Source: Lama guanicoe
Taxonomy: Eukaryota
Direction of reading: 5' to 3'
Assembly (NCBI GenBank): GCA_013239625.1
Contig: MU057344.1
Span: 9,150,727-9,214,726 of the forward strand
DNA: 64,000 nt
Positions 1 through 10,749 of this stretch are shown here, piece after piece; the first letter of the stretch is position 1, and each line of letters opens with the position of its first letter. Below the pieces are notes generated by a model, which saw only the letters and a list, made by a program, of their open reading frames with translations, was not told the DNA's origin and ran no database searches. Made by a program: the position numbers and the translations under genes.

Positions 1-204
1 GGTGTAATAGACTTCAGTCCTGGGTCTCACTCCACAGCTTCCCAGCGCTTCTCCTGCCCCCCAATTCTAGGTACCGTCCTCTCTGCTTTCCCTGCGGGGT
101 CCTTCCTGTGATGCCGGCTCCTGGGGGTGCTTCCCCTGGGAAGGGGAGCCAGCAGCTACTGAAGGCCAGCCTGTGCCCTGGATGAGCAAAGAAGCCCCAT
201 TTGG

Positions 205-507
205 ATGGGGCCAGCAAATACAGCCCACCGCTCCTGAGCTAAGAATAGTTTTTACACGTTTAAATGGCTGGGGGAAAAATCAGAAGGATACTAATACTCT
301 CGACTCCTGACAATGATGTGAAATGTGAGTCCCAGCCTGTGCAGACAGTTGTGCTGGGACACAGCCGCACCCGCCGGGGAACGTGTGGTCTGGGTGCTTT
401 CGCGCTGCAGTGTCAGAGGGTGAGTGGCTGTGACAGACGCTGTGTGGCTGCAGGGCCTCAAGAGCTTACTGCCTGGCCCTTGGCAAAAAAAACTTTGCTG
501 GTCCCTC
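205..507 (+). mobile_element. MER58B-like hAT-Charlie DNA transposon relic
   Basis: gagctaagaatagtttttacacgtttaaatgg ... ggcccttggcaaaaaaaactttgctggtccct resembles MER58B. Its 3' half is homologous to the MER58A copies at 23082 and 42575. Confidence 0.75.
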
Positions 508-798
508 ATCTAGATGAAGAATAACGTGTGCTCTCCCAGGTAAAGATGACTTCCTAAGGGCTTCTGGGGGGTGGGAGGAGATGGGACAGTTTTCAGAAAG
601 CAGATCAAAAGGGCAGCTAGACGCAAAGCCAGAGCAATTGAGTTAAATACACGCATACCTGCATTGTTCCGGAACGTTCTTTGCAGTCACACTGTTCCTA
701 TTTCTCGTGGGCCCTGGTGACCCATTCAGGACGGTTCATGTTCTGAACGGCTGTAACTGGATGCCTGGAACTCCAGGTCTTAGCTTCTGTGCATGACA

Positions 799-1305
799 TG
801 AAGGGTGCAGAGTGTACAACCCCCAGGTGTGCCACTTTGACGTAAGGACTATTTAGAGCTGAAGGCGACTGAGAAGACGCAGACGGGGGAAAAACCCTCT
901 GCCCTCTCCTTTCCGTAATCCTTAATCACTCAGGACAACTCTTGACTCTTCGGTCCAGAGATGGCACAGAGGAACAAGCCTACATAATCAGCTTTACTGA
1001 AACAGCCCTCACATTCCATCATTTCCCCTATGTATCTACCTTCCCACAGTTGGCCGCCCCGAAACCCGTTTCCTTTGTGTGTCACTTGACAGAGGTAGCG
1101 TCCTTTGTCAAGCTGCTATGTGAGCCCCAAGTTCCAACCACCCTTTGGAGTTCCTCGTTACTGCATCGCTCCCCTGTTTACGTGTGCTGTGTGTGTTAAT
1201 AAATTTCCATTTGTCTCTCTCTTGTTAATCTGTCTTTCGTTGGTCTAATTTGATAATCTGGAGAGCCTTGGAGGAGAGAGGGCAAAAGTGTCTCCTCCTC
1301 TGGAG
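799..1305 (+). mobile_element. Solo ERV1-class LTR, MER34-like
   Basis: Starts TG. gtgccactttgacgtaaggactatttagagctgaaggc resembles the MER34 5' end. AATAAA near 1198 is followed by ttgttaatctgtcttt, as in this LTR group. Confidence 0.65.
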
Positions 1306-3756
1306 ACACTAGACTGAAAAACATGGAGGAAGCAGGTGGGGACAGCAGGGTGAAACTAAGGGTCTCCTTGCACACCAGAGTCACGCCTCTGGGACAAGGT
1401 GGAAGGCTGGACACACGCTCTGCCTAGAGAGGGAATTGGTACACACTGACCATGGTACACGTTTAACCTGGTGTTGAGGCCTCAAGGGTGTGGAGAAGGA
1501 AATGACACCTTCCTCTAACGGTGCCGAAGATGAGGCTGACTTCAGGCGATACGCACTCAGGTGTCACTTCTTCTTCTCCATCACCTGCCTAGGCGCCAGG
1601 CACAGTGCTGTGGGCACAAAGACCAACAGGCCCACCCTGTGCCCTAGCATGATGCCGAGCCAGTTCCGGAGCTGGTGCCCGAATTCAGACCCACGCGCCT
1701 CGAAGCCTGACGGACTGCTGCTCCACCACGTCTTCTCCCGGTGCTTGCCTCCCTGAGCAGCTTCGTCAGCGCGTGCTGCGTGTCAGATTGACAGCTCTTG
1801 ACACAGCCGCTCAAAGCAGCATCACTCTGTGATTAGCGCAGGGAGTTTCCACTCAGTCAACCCCGGGAGCCGTTGCCGGGTACCAGGCCCCGTGTTAGTC
1901 GCTGAGGGTATGAAGATGACTGACAACCTCTGTTCTCAGTCGCTCCAGAGTGATGGGTGGGATATTAGAGGACCTCAGGGATTTTGGTTGTAAGCAATGG
2001 AAGCCAACGCAGGCTAACCTCAGCCAAAGACAATGCCCTGGGATGATTCAGAAGATTGAAAAAGCAGCTGAACAGCCAGGCTCTCGGAAGGGCAGAAAAG
2101 GGCAGCAAGTCCAGGGGTGGAAGGAGCAGGAAATAGCAGGCAGTCTTTTCCAGAGTTGATGCCTTTGGGACAAATTGGTTCTCACCATTGTCCTTACCTT
2201 GATCGATGTCAGGTAGGCTTGGCCTGAGAATTTGACTCATCTTTGGTCCTCTGTCCACTCCTTTGGCTAGAAGTGGACAGGACTGTGGATTGACAGCTCA
2301 CTGAGTGGGTGTGCTGTGATGGAGGAGACTGGGTTTCTGTTATTGGAAGAAGGGGCAGGTGCTGTTGGGCAAGTGGAAACCAGGGTCGCTGGGTGCCATT
2401 GGAACAGAGCAGAAGATGCTCAGCCCGGCCCTGGAGGTCAGGGAAGACTTCCTGGAGGAAGAAACAAGCTGAAACCAGACTGACAAGTAAAGTTGACCAT
2501 AGGGCAAGAAGGAGGCAAAACATCCCAGTCAAAGGGAACTGTAGGTGCAAAGGCCCAGAGGTAGGGGCAGTAACCTCACCTACAAATAATGGCTCTTCCC
2601 GGTTGGTCTCCAGGAGTGACGGCTCACTTTGCCCCAGGACTTGTGCTTTTAAAGATCAGGGTCCAAGCTGTCCTCCTCTCCCTGGAGTCCTTCAGCTTCT
2701 AAAGGTCGACTGAATATTGCAGATCAGGCTGCAATTCCCTCCTTCCCAGGGAGTCCGCAGGATTAAAAAAAAAAAAAGCCTCAAGCCTCCTGCACTGAGA
2801 GCTGATAGGAAGAAAAATGCCACCGCAGCCTTGGGCGTTTTTTATTATCCTGCTCTGGCCACAGTAGCGGAGGCCTCTGCTCCCGAGCTGCCTGAACTGA
2901 TTTGCGCTGAGCGTTCGCCACAAATTGCGGCCTGACATTTATAGCAGCTGCGATCCACACATATCGATTATTTAGGAAAAGGAATGAGGCTAAGCTGGCC
3001 GAGCAGCTGCCTCGTTAAACGCCCCCCTCATCCCCGGCCCCGTCACATCTCACCCTGAAGGGAGCGGGGCACAGCCTCGGAAAGGGGCGGAGGCCTTATC
3101 CCGTTTCCACCTTGCCGTGTCTCGGCAGAGAGCAGGCAGCCTTTATTCACCGTCTTTGATTAATTAGCTCCTCTTTATTCATGTGAAAAAGCCACCGTCA
3201 CCTAGGGGCTCCTTGGAAGGAATTATTGTTCTTTGCCTCTTAACGCTCAGTTGCTTCTGTATTGTGTTCGTTGGGCTAATGAACCATGGAGCACGTGTCT
3301 CTGTTGGCTGTGCGCTGAGAATTAGCACTTCGCCTGCAAACTGTATTTCTCTGATTAAGCTGATGAGTTTGTTTCCTCTTGTCCCCCCTCCCCCCTCCAT
3401 GATTTTGAGGCTGTTTCTTCCATGCTAATGACCGTGGGAGCTGTGGGGCGGAGTCTTTCCATTTAGGGAGCAGTGGCCACTCCATTTAAGTCCAAATTCG
3501 TCCGGAGCCAACACAGATGAAAACAAGACCAGCTGTCGCACTGACTCCAGCAGGGACAGAGGCCAGGTGATGCCTGCAACTGACAAGCTTAAGTGACTGG
3601 CACCCGTGACCTTCAGTGACCATGTCCTTCAAGCTGCGTGCGGGAGGCTCAGATAGGCTTGTAGAGTGAAGACAAGGCGTCTGCTAGAGCCTAGGCAAGT
3701 TACTGGCTCTCTGACGTGGGTGCCCCCTGCAAAATGAAAGGCTTGAACTAGATGAG

Positions 3757-4136
3757 TGGGACAGTACTCCGGCTGCCACACCAGACCACCACAGACCGGG
3801 TGGCTTGAACAGTAAAAATTCATTTTCTCAGTTTTGGAGGCCGTAAGTCCAAGATCCAGGTGATAGCAGGCTTGGTTCCCACCGAGACCTTTCCTCCTGG
3901 CTTCCAGACGGCCACTTTCTTGCTGTGTCCTCATGTGGCCTGTCCTGTATACACACATTCCTGGTGTTTCTTCCTCTCCTCATAAGGACACCAGTCCTGT
4001 TGAGTCAGGGCCCCACACTTACGACCTCATTTAACCTTAATGACCTCCTTAAAGGTCTTGTCTTTGAATATAGTCCCGTATGGGTTTGGGGCTTCAGCAT
4101 GTGAACTGGGGAGGGGGCACAAGTCAGTCCATTCCA
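3757..4136 (-). mobile_element. MaLR solo LTR (MLT1B-like)
   Basis: Hallmarks ggtggcttgaacag, aagtccaagatc, taaggacaccagtc and gacctcatttaacctta. Confidence 0.85.
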
Positions 4137-4386
4137 ATGAGGAAATTGCAAACCAGCAAGGTGGGGGAGGGTGTTGTCTCCCCCACAGGGGGTATCAGTT
4201 ACTGGGTGATGAGAGAGCTGATATCACGGCTCAGCCCATTCCTGCTTGAAACCTTCAGGCCAGAATGACCTGCGGCCACTGATGCCCAGGTGTCTTCTCT
4301 TCCGTGTGTTGAACTGTAGTAAACTCAACCAGTTACCCACCCAAACACACTTGACCTGCCTCTTTTGCTGGCAGAGGTGTCCACTC

Positions 4387-4590
4387 AGGGCTGCATTGTG
4401 ACTTTTGTGGGTCCTGGCACGTTTGCCTTTGGGAGACCTTCCCTCTGTAACAAATATTTAAAAATCACATTCATATAAATGACAGTTGAAGGACATTATC
4501 TCACTTATTGTAAGAAGTAAAGTGATTTTGTGGGCCCCTGAAAGTTTTGCTGGTTCCAGGCTCTGCTCAGTGGATAAGTTGACCCAATGT
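4387..4590. mobile_element. MER53-like hAT MITE
   Basis: cagggctgcattgtgacttttgtgggtcct ... gtgggcccctgaaag ... ggataagttgaccc. Confidence 0.55.
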
Positions 4591-4609
4591 CCAACATTCA
4601 CCCATTTTC

Positions 4610-5440
4610 TTTAGGGAAAGATGACCTTCCATCCAGCTCCACGGAGAAGTCTTGAGTTACTGGCAATCTTAGCCAAGAGATGCTATCCGGCCAGTGAAAT
4701 GTGAGGGAAAGTTCCCTAGGGAGCTTCTTGAAAGAGTTTCTTCGCTCTTAATAATACACATGAAGGAGAAATCGCCCCTCTTCTCCTGGGCCTTCTCATG
4801 CCTGTCTGAGGCAGCCACTTTGTGGTTGTGAGGCAAAGCTCACTCACTGGGGGAACAGAATGGGGGAAGAGACCTGGGTCCCAGAGGATGTTGTTGAGCT
4901 GTGGAGTTAACCATCCCTGGAGTTGCCCTATTGTATTAATCTGCTAGGGCTGCCATCGCAAAGTACCACAAAATAGATGGTTTAAACCATAGAAATTTAT
5001 TGCTTCCCAGTTCTGGAAGCTAGAAACCCAAGATCAATGTCAGCAGGGTTGGTTCTTTCTGAGGACTGTGAAGGAGGACCTCTTCAATGCCTCCTACCAG
5101 CTGCTGCTGGTTCGCTGGCAGTCTTTAGAAGCATCACCCCAATCTCTGCCTTCATCTTGACATGGCGTTCTGTGTGCTCGTCTGTGTCCAGATTTCCCTT
5201 TTTCATAAGGACACGAGTCATATTGAATTAGGGCTCACCTAATGAGCTCATCTTAGACTTTATTACCTCTTTGAAGACCCTATCTCCAGATAAGGTCACA
5301 TTCTGATGTACTGGGGGTTAGGATTTCAACCATGAACTTCTGGGGTGGGAGGGTACAATTCAACCCATAGCATCCATGTTGGGACTAGTTGTGTGAGGAT
5401 AAATCCCTTGTTGTTCAAGGCTCTTGATTGTTCCCTGCAG
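4610..5440 (+). mobile_element. Old MaLR LTR (MLT1K/L-like) split by the MLT1 copy at 4932-5372
   Basis: ggccagtgaaatgtgagggaaag ... acctgggtccc ... ccctggagttgccct, resuming after the insert with gtgtgaggataaatcccttgttgttcaagg. Confidence 0.5.
4932..5372 (-). mobile_element. MaLR solo LTR (MLT1B/C-like)
   Basis: tgtattaatctgctagggctgcc ... taaggacacgagtcatattgaattagggc ... caattcaacccatagca, with TG...CA ends. Confidence 0.88.
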
Positions 5441-5812
5441 TCTACCCGAGTGGCTGGTAGAGGTCTCGCTGGAAATCTAACCTCCGGTGTCGTGGGCTTC
5501 CCTTCTCATTGGCAGGTCCTACGAGGAACTGGACTGTTCCATTTGCTGGCTGTTGGAGATGTTTGTTTGCAGGCCAGGACATAGAGCCCTGCACGAACAT
5601 TCCAGCTCCGAGGAGCAGTACACATAGAGGCCCTGAGGTGGAATGGGCTCAGGGTGTTTGAAGAAACAGAAGAGACGAAACAGCACTGACATCTGCTAGG
5701 AGTACCACAGCTTCTCTCTCCCTGGTTGTCAACCCCTCCTTGTCCTCGTGGCCCCATTCGGAGTGGTTTTCCCGCTGTGTTCCCGGGTGTTTTGTTCATA
5801 GCACGCTGGGAG

Positions 5813-6282
5813 TGTGTTAGCTTTCTGGCGCCACCGTAACACATTACTGCAAACAAAGTGACTTCAAACAACACATCCTTATTCCCTTCCTAGTACGGAG
5901 GGCAGGAGTCCGACTAATTTCACTGGGCTGAAGTCATAGTGTCAGCTGGGCTGCGTTGCTTCTGGAGGCTCTGAGGGGAGAATCCATTTCCTTGCCTTTT
6001 TCAGGTGCTTGGGGCCACTGGATTCCCTGGCGTGTGGTCCCTTGCTCCATCTTCAAACCGCATCACTCCAGTCTCTGCTTCTGTCATTGCGCTGCCTTCT
6101 CTTCCCAAGGCTCTTGTGCTTGTATTGGGACCCGCGTGGGTGATGCATGGTGGTCTCCCCATCTCAAGATCCTTAATCACACCTGCCAAATCTTTGATGT
6201 CATATAAAGGAAACTGCCCGCGGTTCTGGGGATGTTAGGACGTGGAAACGTCATCTTGGGGGGCGTCATCCCACCAACCACA
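5813..6282 (-). mobile_element. MaLR solo LTR (MLT1D-like)
   Basis: ttctggaggctctgaggggagaatccatttccttgcctttt ... cccatctcaagatccttaat ... accaca. Confidence 0.82.
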
Positions 6283-6424
6283 GGAGGGTTAGATGGTCAA
6301 ACAATGATCTGTCTTGTAGGGCAGTGGCTGCTTTTCTGCCCATGTCTGCTCATGACGTAGAAGTAATTGCTTTTCTCTACTTGCTGTGGAGTGGAGGTGG
6401 GAAGTAGGGTGAATACACGCTGAA

Positions 6425-6555
6425 CCAGTGGTTCTCAAGGTGTGTTCCCCAGGTCAGCAGCGCCAGCGTCACCTGGAAGCCTGTTAACGATGCAGAGTCT
6501 CCCACCTGAAACTCAGGGACGGGCTCCAGCAATCAGTACTTTAGCAAGCTTTGCC
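6425..6555. mobile_element. MER5A-like hAT-Charlie relic
   Basis: ccagtggttctcaaggtgtgttccccagg ... gtcacctggaagcctgttaacgatgcag. Confidence 0.7.
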
Positions 6556-6559
6556 TCGC

Positions 6560-6920
6560 GATCCTGCCTTTAAGATTTCGATGTTGCATTCATGGTGGCT
6601 TTTTTGGCATTCGTTTTGATTTTTTAAAAAAATATTTCACTAACTACTATATAAAAAATAGGTAAGCAACAAGGTCCTACTGTCTAGCACAGGGAACTGT
6701 AATCAATATCTTGTAATAACCTATAATGATAAAGTATATAGAAAAGAACGTGTGTATAACTGAATCACTACGCCGTGCACCAGAGACTAGCACAACACGG
6801 CAAGTCGACTACACTACCACACAGGAATTTCAGTTTTGTCTTGATTATTGAGTTTTTTGGCGCCTCCTTAACTTTTGCACCTGAGGTAAGTGCCTCACTT
6901 CACCCCAGTTCTGGCCCCGG
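6560..6920 (-). mobile_element. MER96B-like hAT relic interrupted by an L1 3' fragment
   Basis: Left part gatcctg ... gattttttaaaaaaatattt. Right part tcttgattattgagttttttggcgcctccttaacttttgcacctgagg ... ggccccgg. Confidence 0.55.
6640..6822 (+). mobile_element. 5'-truncated cetartiodactyl L1 3' end
   Basis: caacaaggtcctactgtctagcacagggaact ... aatatcttgtaataacctataatg ... tataactgaatcact. Confidence 0.85.
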
Positions 6921-8037
6921 AGAAAGCAGCGGTCATCCCGTCTCAGATCGAGTCCTCACAAGAGGACCAGGTTCTGTGTAACAGAGACACCAGGCCTACT
7001 CGGGGTGACCAGAGATGCCTTCCACCAGGCAGTGACGTCGGAACTGAGAGCCGGGGCCAGAAGCCGTTAACTCAGGGAAGAAGGGGCAGGGCCCTTCAGG
7101 CAGAGAGCAGCAGGTGCAGAGGCCGGATGTTCAGAGGGGACACAGTGAACAGCAGGGACCAGAAAGACCACCGTGCCACCCGACTCCCTTCTCAAATGTT
7201 TCTTAAGCTCCTCCGGCAAGCCCCGGGGGCTCCTGGCCTTTAACAGTCCAGAAGGTCACCCCACATACTGACCTGGAAGAGCCTAAAAGGCAACTGGAAC
7301 AGAGGTTGGGTCTGGGCATGCCTGTGTGAGGTTGGCAAGGCGTGCCCCGGGCAGTCTTCCTCCCAGAAATGGTACTTGGCACCCAGCAAATAAGCAGGGG
7401 AAGCAGAGAAGGCTGTGTGTCTCCTGAAAGATGCATTTAGCACAGGTTTCTACCTCAGAGCTAATAGCATTCACCATTACGCAGAAAGTAAGAGAACACA
7501 ATTACCTTGTTTTAATAACAAGGTTGACAGCACAGCTTCCATCCCAGGGGAGCCTTGCTTGGTGTTTTGAGGTTTCTCGAGCCAGTGAATTCTCAGTCCT
7601 AAGCCAGCTTGTAACCTTATGTCCCAGTTTGCCTAGGAGAGTCCTGGTTTATGCCTGATGTGCCGATTCAGTTGTGACTAGGACCGCCTTTCACCTGCAA
7701 GTGCCCCCATTTAGACTATTAAAAAAATCCACCAGACCTCAGACTGGCCATTCGACCCCTGATGTTGGAGGGCTGGTCCATGCCCAGTACTGTTCTAAAC
7801 ACCAGGCAAAAGGCATCCTAGGAACTGATACTGGAATTTTTATTGTACTCAGGGGAAAGCTTAAGTGGAACAAGGGGAAACAAGGACATCCCTGAGATAA
7901 ATCAGTGTTCGCTTTCATTTAATCGCTCACTCCTCAAATGGGAAGATGCTCCCAGTAACAGTGGTTGGGGAATAGAAATTCTTCTTAGTGAAAGCTAATA
8001 CAGTGCCCCAACTCTGTTTATTTTTAAAATTACAAGT

Positions 8038-8195
8038 GGGGAGGGTATAGCTCAGAGTGGAAGAGTTCATGCTTAGCATGCACAAGGTCCGGGGTTCAAT
8101 CCTCAGTACTGCTTCTACAAAAAAAAAGAGAAAAAAAGAAAGAAAGCAATAAACCTAATTACCCCCCCAAGTTTAAAAAAACAAATTAAAAAAAT
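8038..8195 (+). mobile_element. Camelid tRNA-derived SINE (Vic-1-like) with 14-bp TSD
   Basis: ggggagggtatagctcag (A box), ggttcaatcc (B box), A-rich tail. TSD taaaattacaagtg at 8025-8038 and 8195-8208. Confidence 0.9.
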
Positions 8196-8319
8196 AAAAT
8201 TACAAGTGTACCACTTAGTTCTAGACAATATGAAGTTAAAATGAAAGTCCCTTCCAGCTGTCCTGCTGCTGCAGGGTTAAGAATTGTTAAGTTCGGTGTA
8301 TATCCACCCAGACTTTCAA

Positions 8320-10320
8320 AAGCAACTTTTATTGAAATTTAACAACAACAACAAAACAACCAAAAGAGCACGGATTCTAAGACAGAGCTTCTGTGTTGAG
8401 AGAATGTTGCAAGCCCCCCAGAGTCCCACTGGGGTCTTCCCCATTACCCCCTCTCCAAAGATGACCACTATCCTGACCCCTTACACCAATGATTATACAA
8501 AGTCCCACAAGACAGAACTAAGTGGAGTCATCCGTGTGTTTTACGCCTGGCTTTCCCTTTCAGCCTTGAGAACCATCCATGCTGCAGATGGTTTATTCAC
8601 TTTCAATCCTGTGTGTGTTCCCCTGTGTGAATATACTCATTCATCTTGTCCTGCTGTCAATGAAAACTTGGGCTGTTTGCAGTTTGGAGCTGTTATGAAT
8701 AATGGATGCTCCCTGTGAACATCCTGGTGACGTGCTGGTGCATGTGGGCATGCATTTTGTTAGGCATATACCTAGGAGCAGGACTGCGAAGTCAGAGGGT
8801 AGGTGGACAGTCTGCTTTAATGCCTGGCAGTTTTCCAAAGTGTTTGTGCCACTTCATACTCCCACCAACACTGTGTGAGAGCCCCTGCTGCCCTGTACCT
8901 TTGTCAACATTTGGAATTGTCAGTCTTAAGTTTTGGCTCTTATGATGGATATGTCTTAGGGTTTTATTTTAGTTTATGTCCCCCTAAACGGAGGCACTGG
9001 GGATTGAACTTGGGACCTCGTACATGCCAAGCACGTGCTCTGCCACTGAGCTATACCCCGCAGCCCCTTCATTTTGGTTTTAATTTGCATTTCCCAATGA
9101 TAATGAGGATGAACATCTTTTCATACTGGCCATTTTAAATACCCCCTTTTATGAAGTGCTTGTTGAAGTCTCTGGTTTGTGTTTTAACTGAGTTCTTTGT
9201 CTTACTGATTTGCGGGAGCTCTTTCTATAATGAAAGTAGGAATCTTCTCTTCGCTATAGGTGATACAGTTCTTCCCCCTTCATCAAGAGACACTGTTTAA
9301 GAGAGTGGACAGACAAGCCATAAAATGGGAGAGGTTCTTAACTTTGATGTCCAATTCTCAATCTTTTCCTTTATGGCCTGTTTAAGAAGCCATTACCCAC
9401 CCAAACGTCATGAAGATACTCTCTATTTTTGTCAAGAAGTTTTGTTTTAATTTCACATTGGAATCTATAGTCCACCTAATAATTGACTTTTGCATATGGT
9501 GTGAGGTTGGGGTCAAGTTTACTTTTTTTTTTTCCCATACAGGTTTCCAATTGATTGAGCACCACTGAGCATCTCCACTGCTCTGCCATGGTGAGTAGAC
9601 TTTTGGACCCTCTATTCTCCTCTGTGGGTCCATTTGTATATCCTTGGGTCAATATCATACTCTCCTAATTACTGAAGCTTACTATCCATCTGGATAATTC
9701 AGTAGAGCAAATCCTCTCATTTTTGGTGGTCTTCTGCAAGAGACCCTTTGCCTTTCCAATTAAATTTTGGAATTATTTTGTCAATTTTCACAGAAAACCT
9801 GTTCAAATTTTAATCAGATTAAATCTGTAGATCAATCTGGGGGAGAACTGAAGCATGTACAGCATCAAACCATTAAATCCATAGCTCAATTGGAGGCATT
9901 TCTTTGTTTAGTGTCTTTACTTTCTCTCCATCTGTTATAGTTTTCTGTAGAGTGGTCTTGGGTGTTTTTGCATTAGATTTTATTCCCAGTTATTTGATAT
10001 GTTTCCGTGCTATTATATTTTTTAAATTTTGTTTTCTGTTTCATATGTAGAAATATGGCTTATTCTTCTATATATCTTAAATCTAATGCTGAATTTATTC
10101 TAATAATTTTTCTATAGACTTATTTTTGGATTTTCTACAACATTCATGTCATATGCAAATAGAGACAATTTTATTTCTCTATTTCAAACCTCTCTTTTTT
10201 AACTTCCAGTAAAATGTGGAATAGAAGTGATGATAGTGGTCATTCTTATCTCATTTGTGCCCTGAGGGGGAAGCTTTCAATATTTCACCATTGCGAATAA
10301 TGTTTTCCATGGGCTTTTTT
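8320..10320 (-). mobile_element. Old L1 (L1M/L1ME) ORF2 3' region and 3' UTR, fragmented
   Basis: ttgggctgtttgcagtttggagctgttatgaat, ttttaatttgcatttccc, gcatatggtgtgagg, ggggaagctttcaatatttcacc. Confidence 0.85.
8958..9068 (-). mobile_element. Vic-1-like SINE inserted in L1
   Basis: ggggattgaacttgggacctcgtacatgccaagcacgtgctctgccactgagctatacccc is the reverse complement of the SINE head. Confidence 0.85.
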
Positions 10321-10404
10321 CTGAGTTGAATTTGTGGCTTTTTATTTATTTGGCTATTTCTGTCCCTATCCTGGCTGGGAGGAAACTGGTTAGATTAAAA
10401 AAAA

Positions 10405-10742
10405 AAGACTTTATTTTTTAAAGCAGTATTAGGTTCACAGCAAAATTGAGAGGAAGTTATAGAGATTCCCCATGTGCTCTCTGCCCCCACACTTGTATCG
10501 TCTCCCCATTATCGACATCCTGCAAGAAAGTGGTACATTCACTACCATTGATGAACCTGTGTCAACGTGTCATTATCACCCAGAGTCCGTGCTTCACACT
10601 AGCATTCACTCTAGGTGTTGGACATTCTATGAATTTGAACAACTTTATAATGACATATATTCACTATTATAGTGTCTTACAGAGTATTTTCATTGCCCTA
10701 TAAAAAAAAATCCTCTGTGCTCTGCCTATTCATCTCTCCCTA
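10405..10742 (-). mobile_element. L1MC-type 3' end
   Basis: gcagtattaggttcacagcaaaattgag ... cattatcacccagagtcc ... ttcattgcccta. Homologous to 18040-18375. Confidence 0.8.
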
Positions 10743-10749
10743 TGGGCTT

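Noticed and set aside
8038-8112. tRNA gene (A and B boxes present, also at the other five copies)
   Set aside because: These are SINE heads with A-rich tails and TSDs. They diverge from each other and show no convincing cloverleaf.
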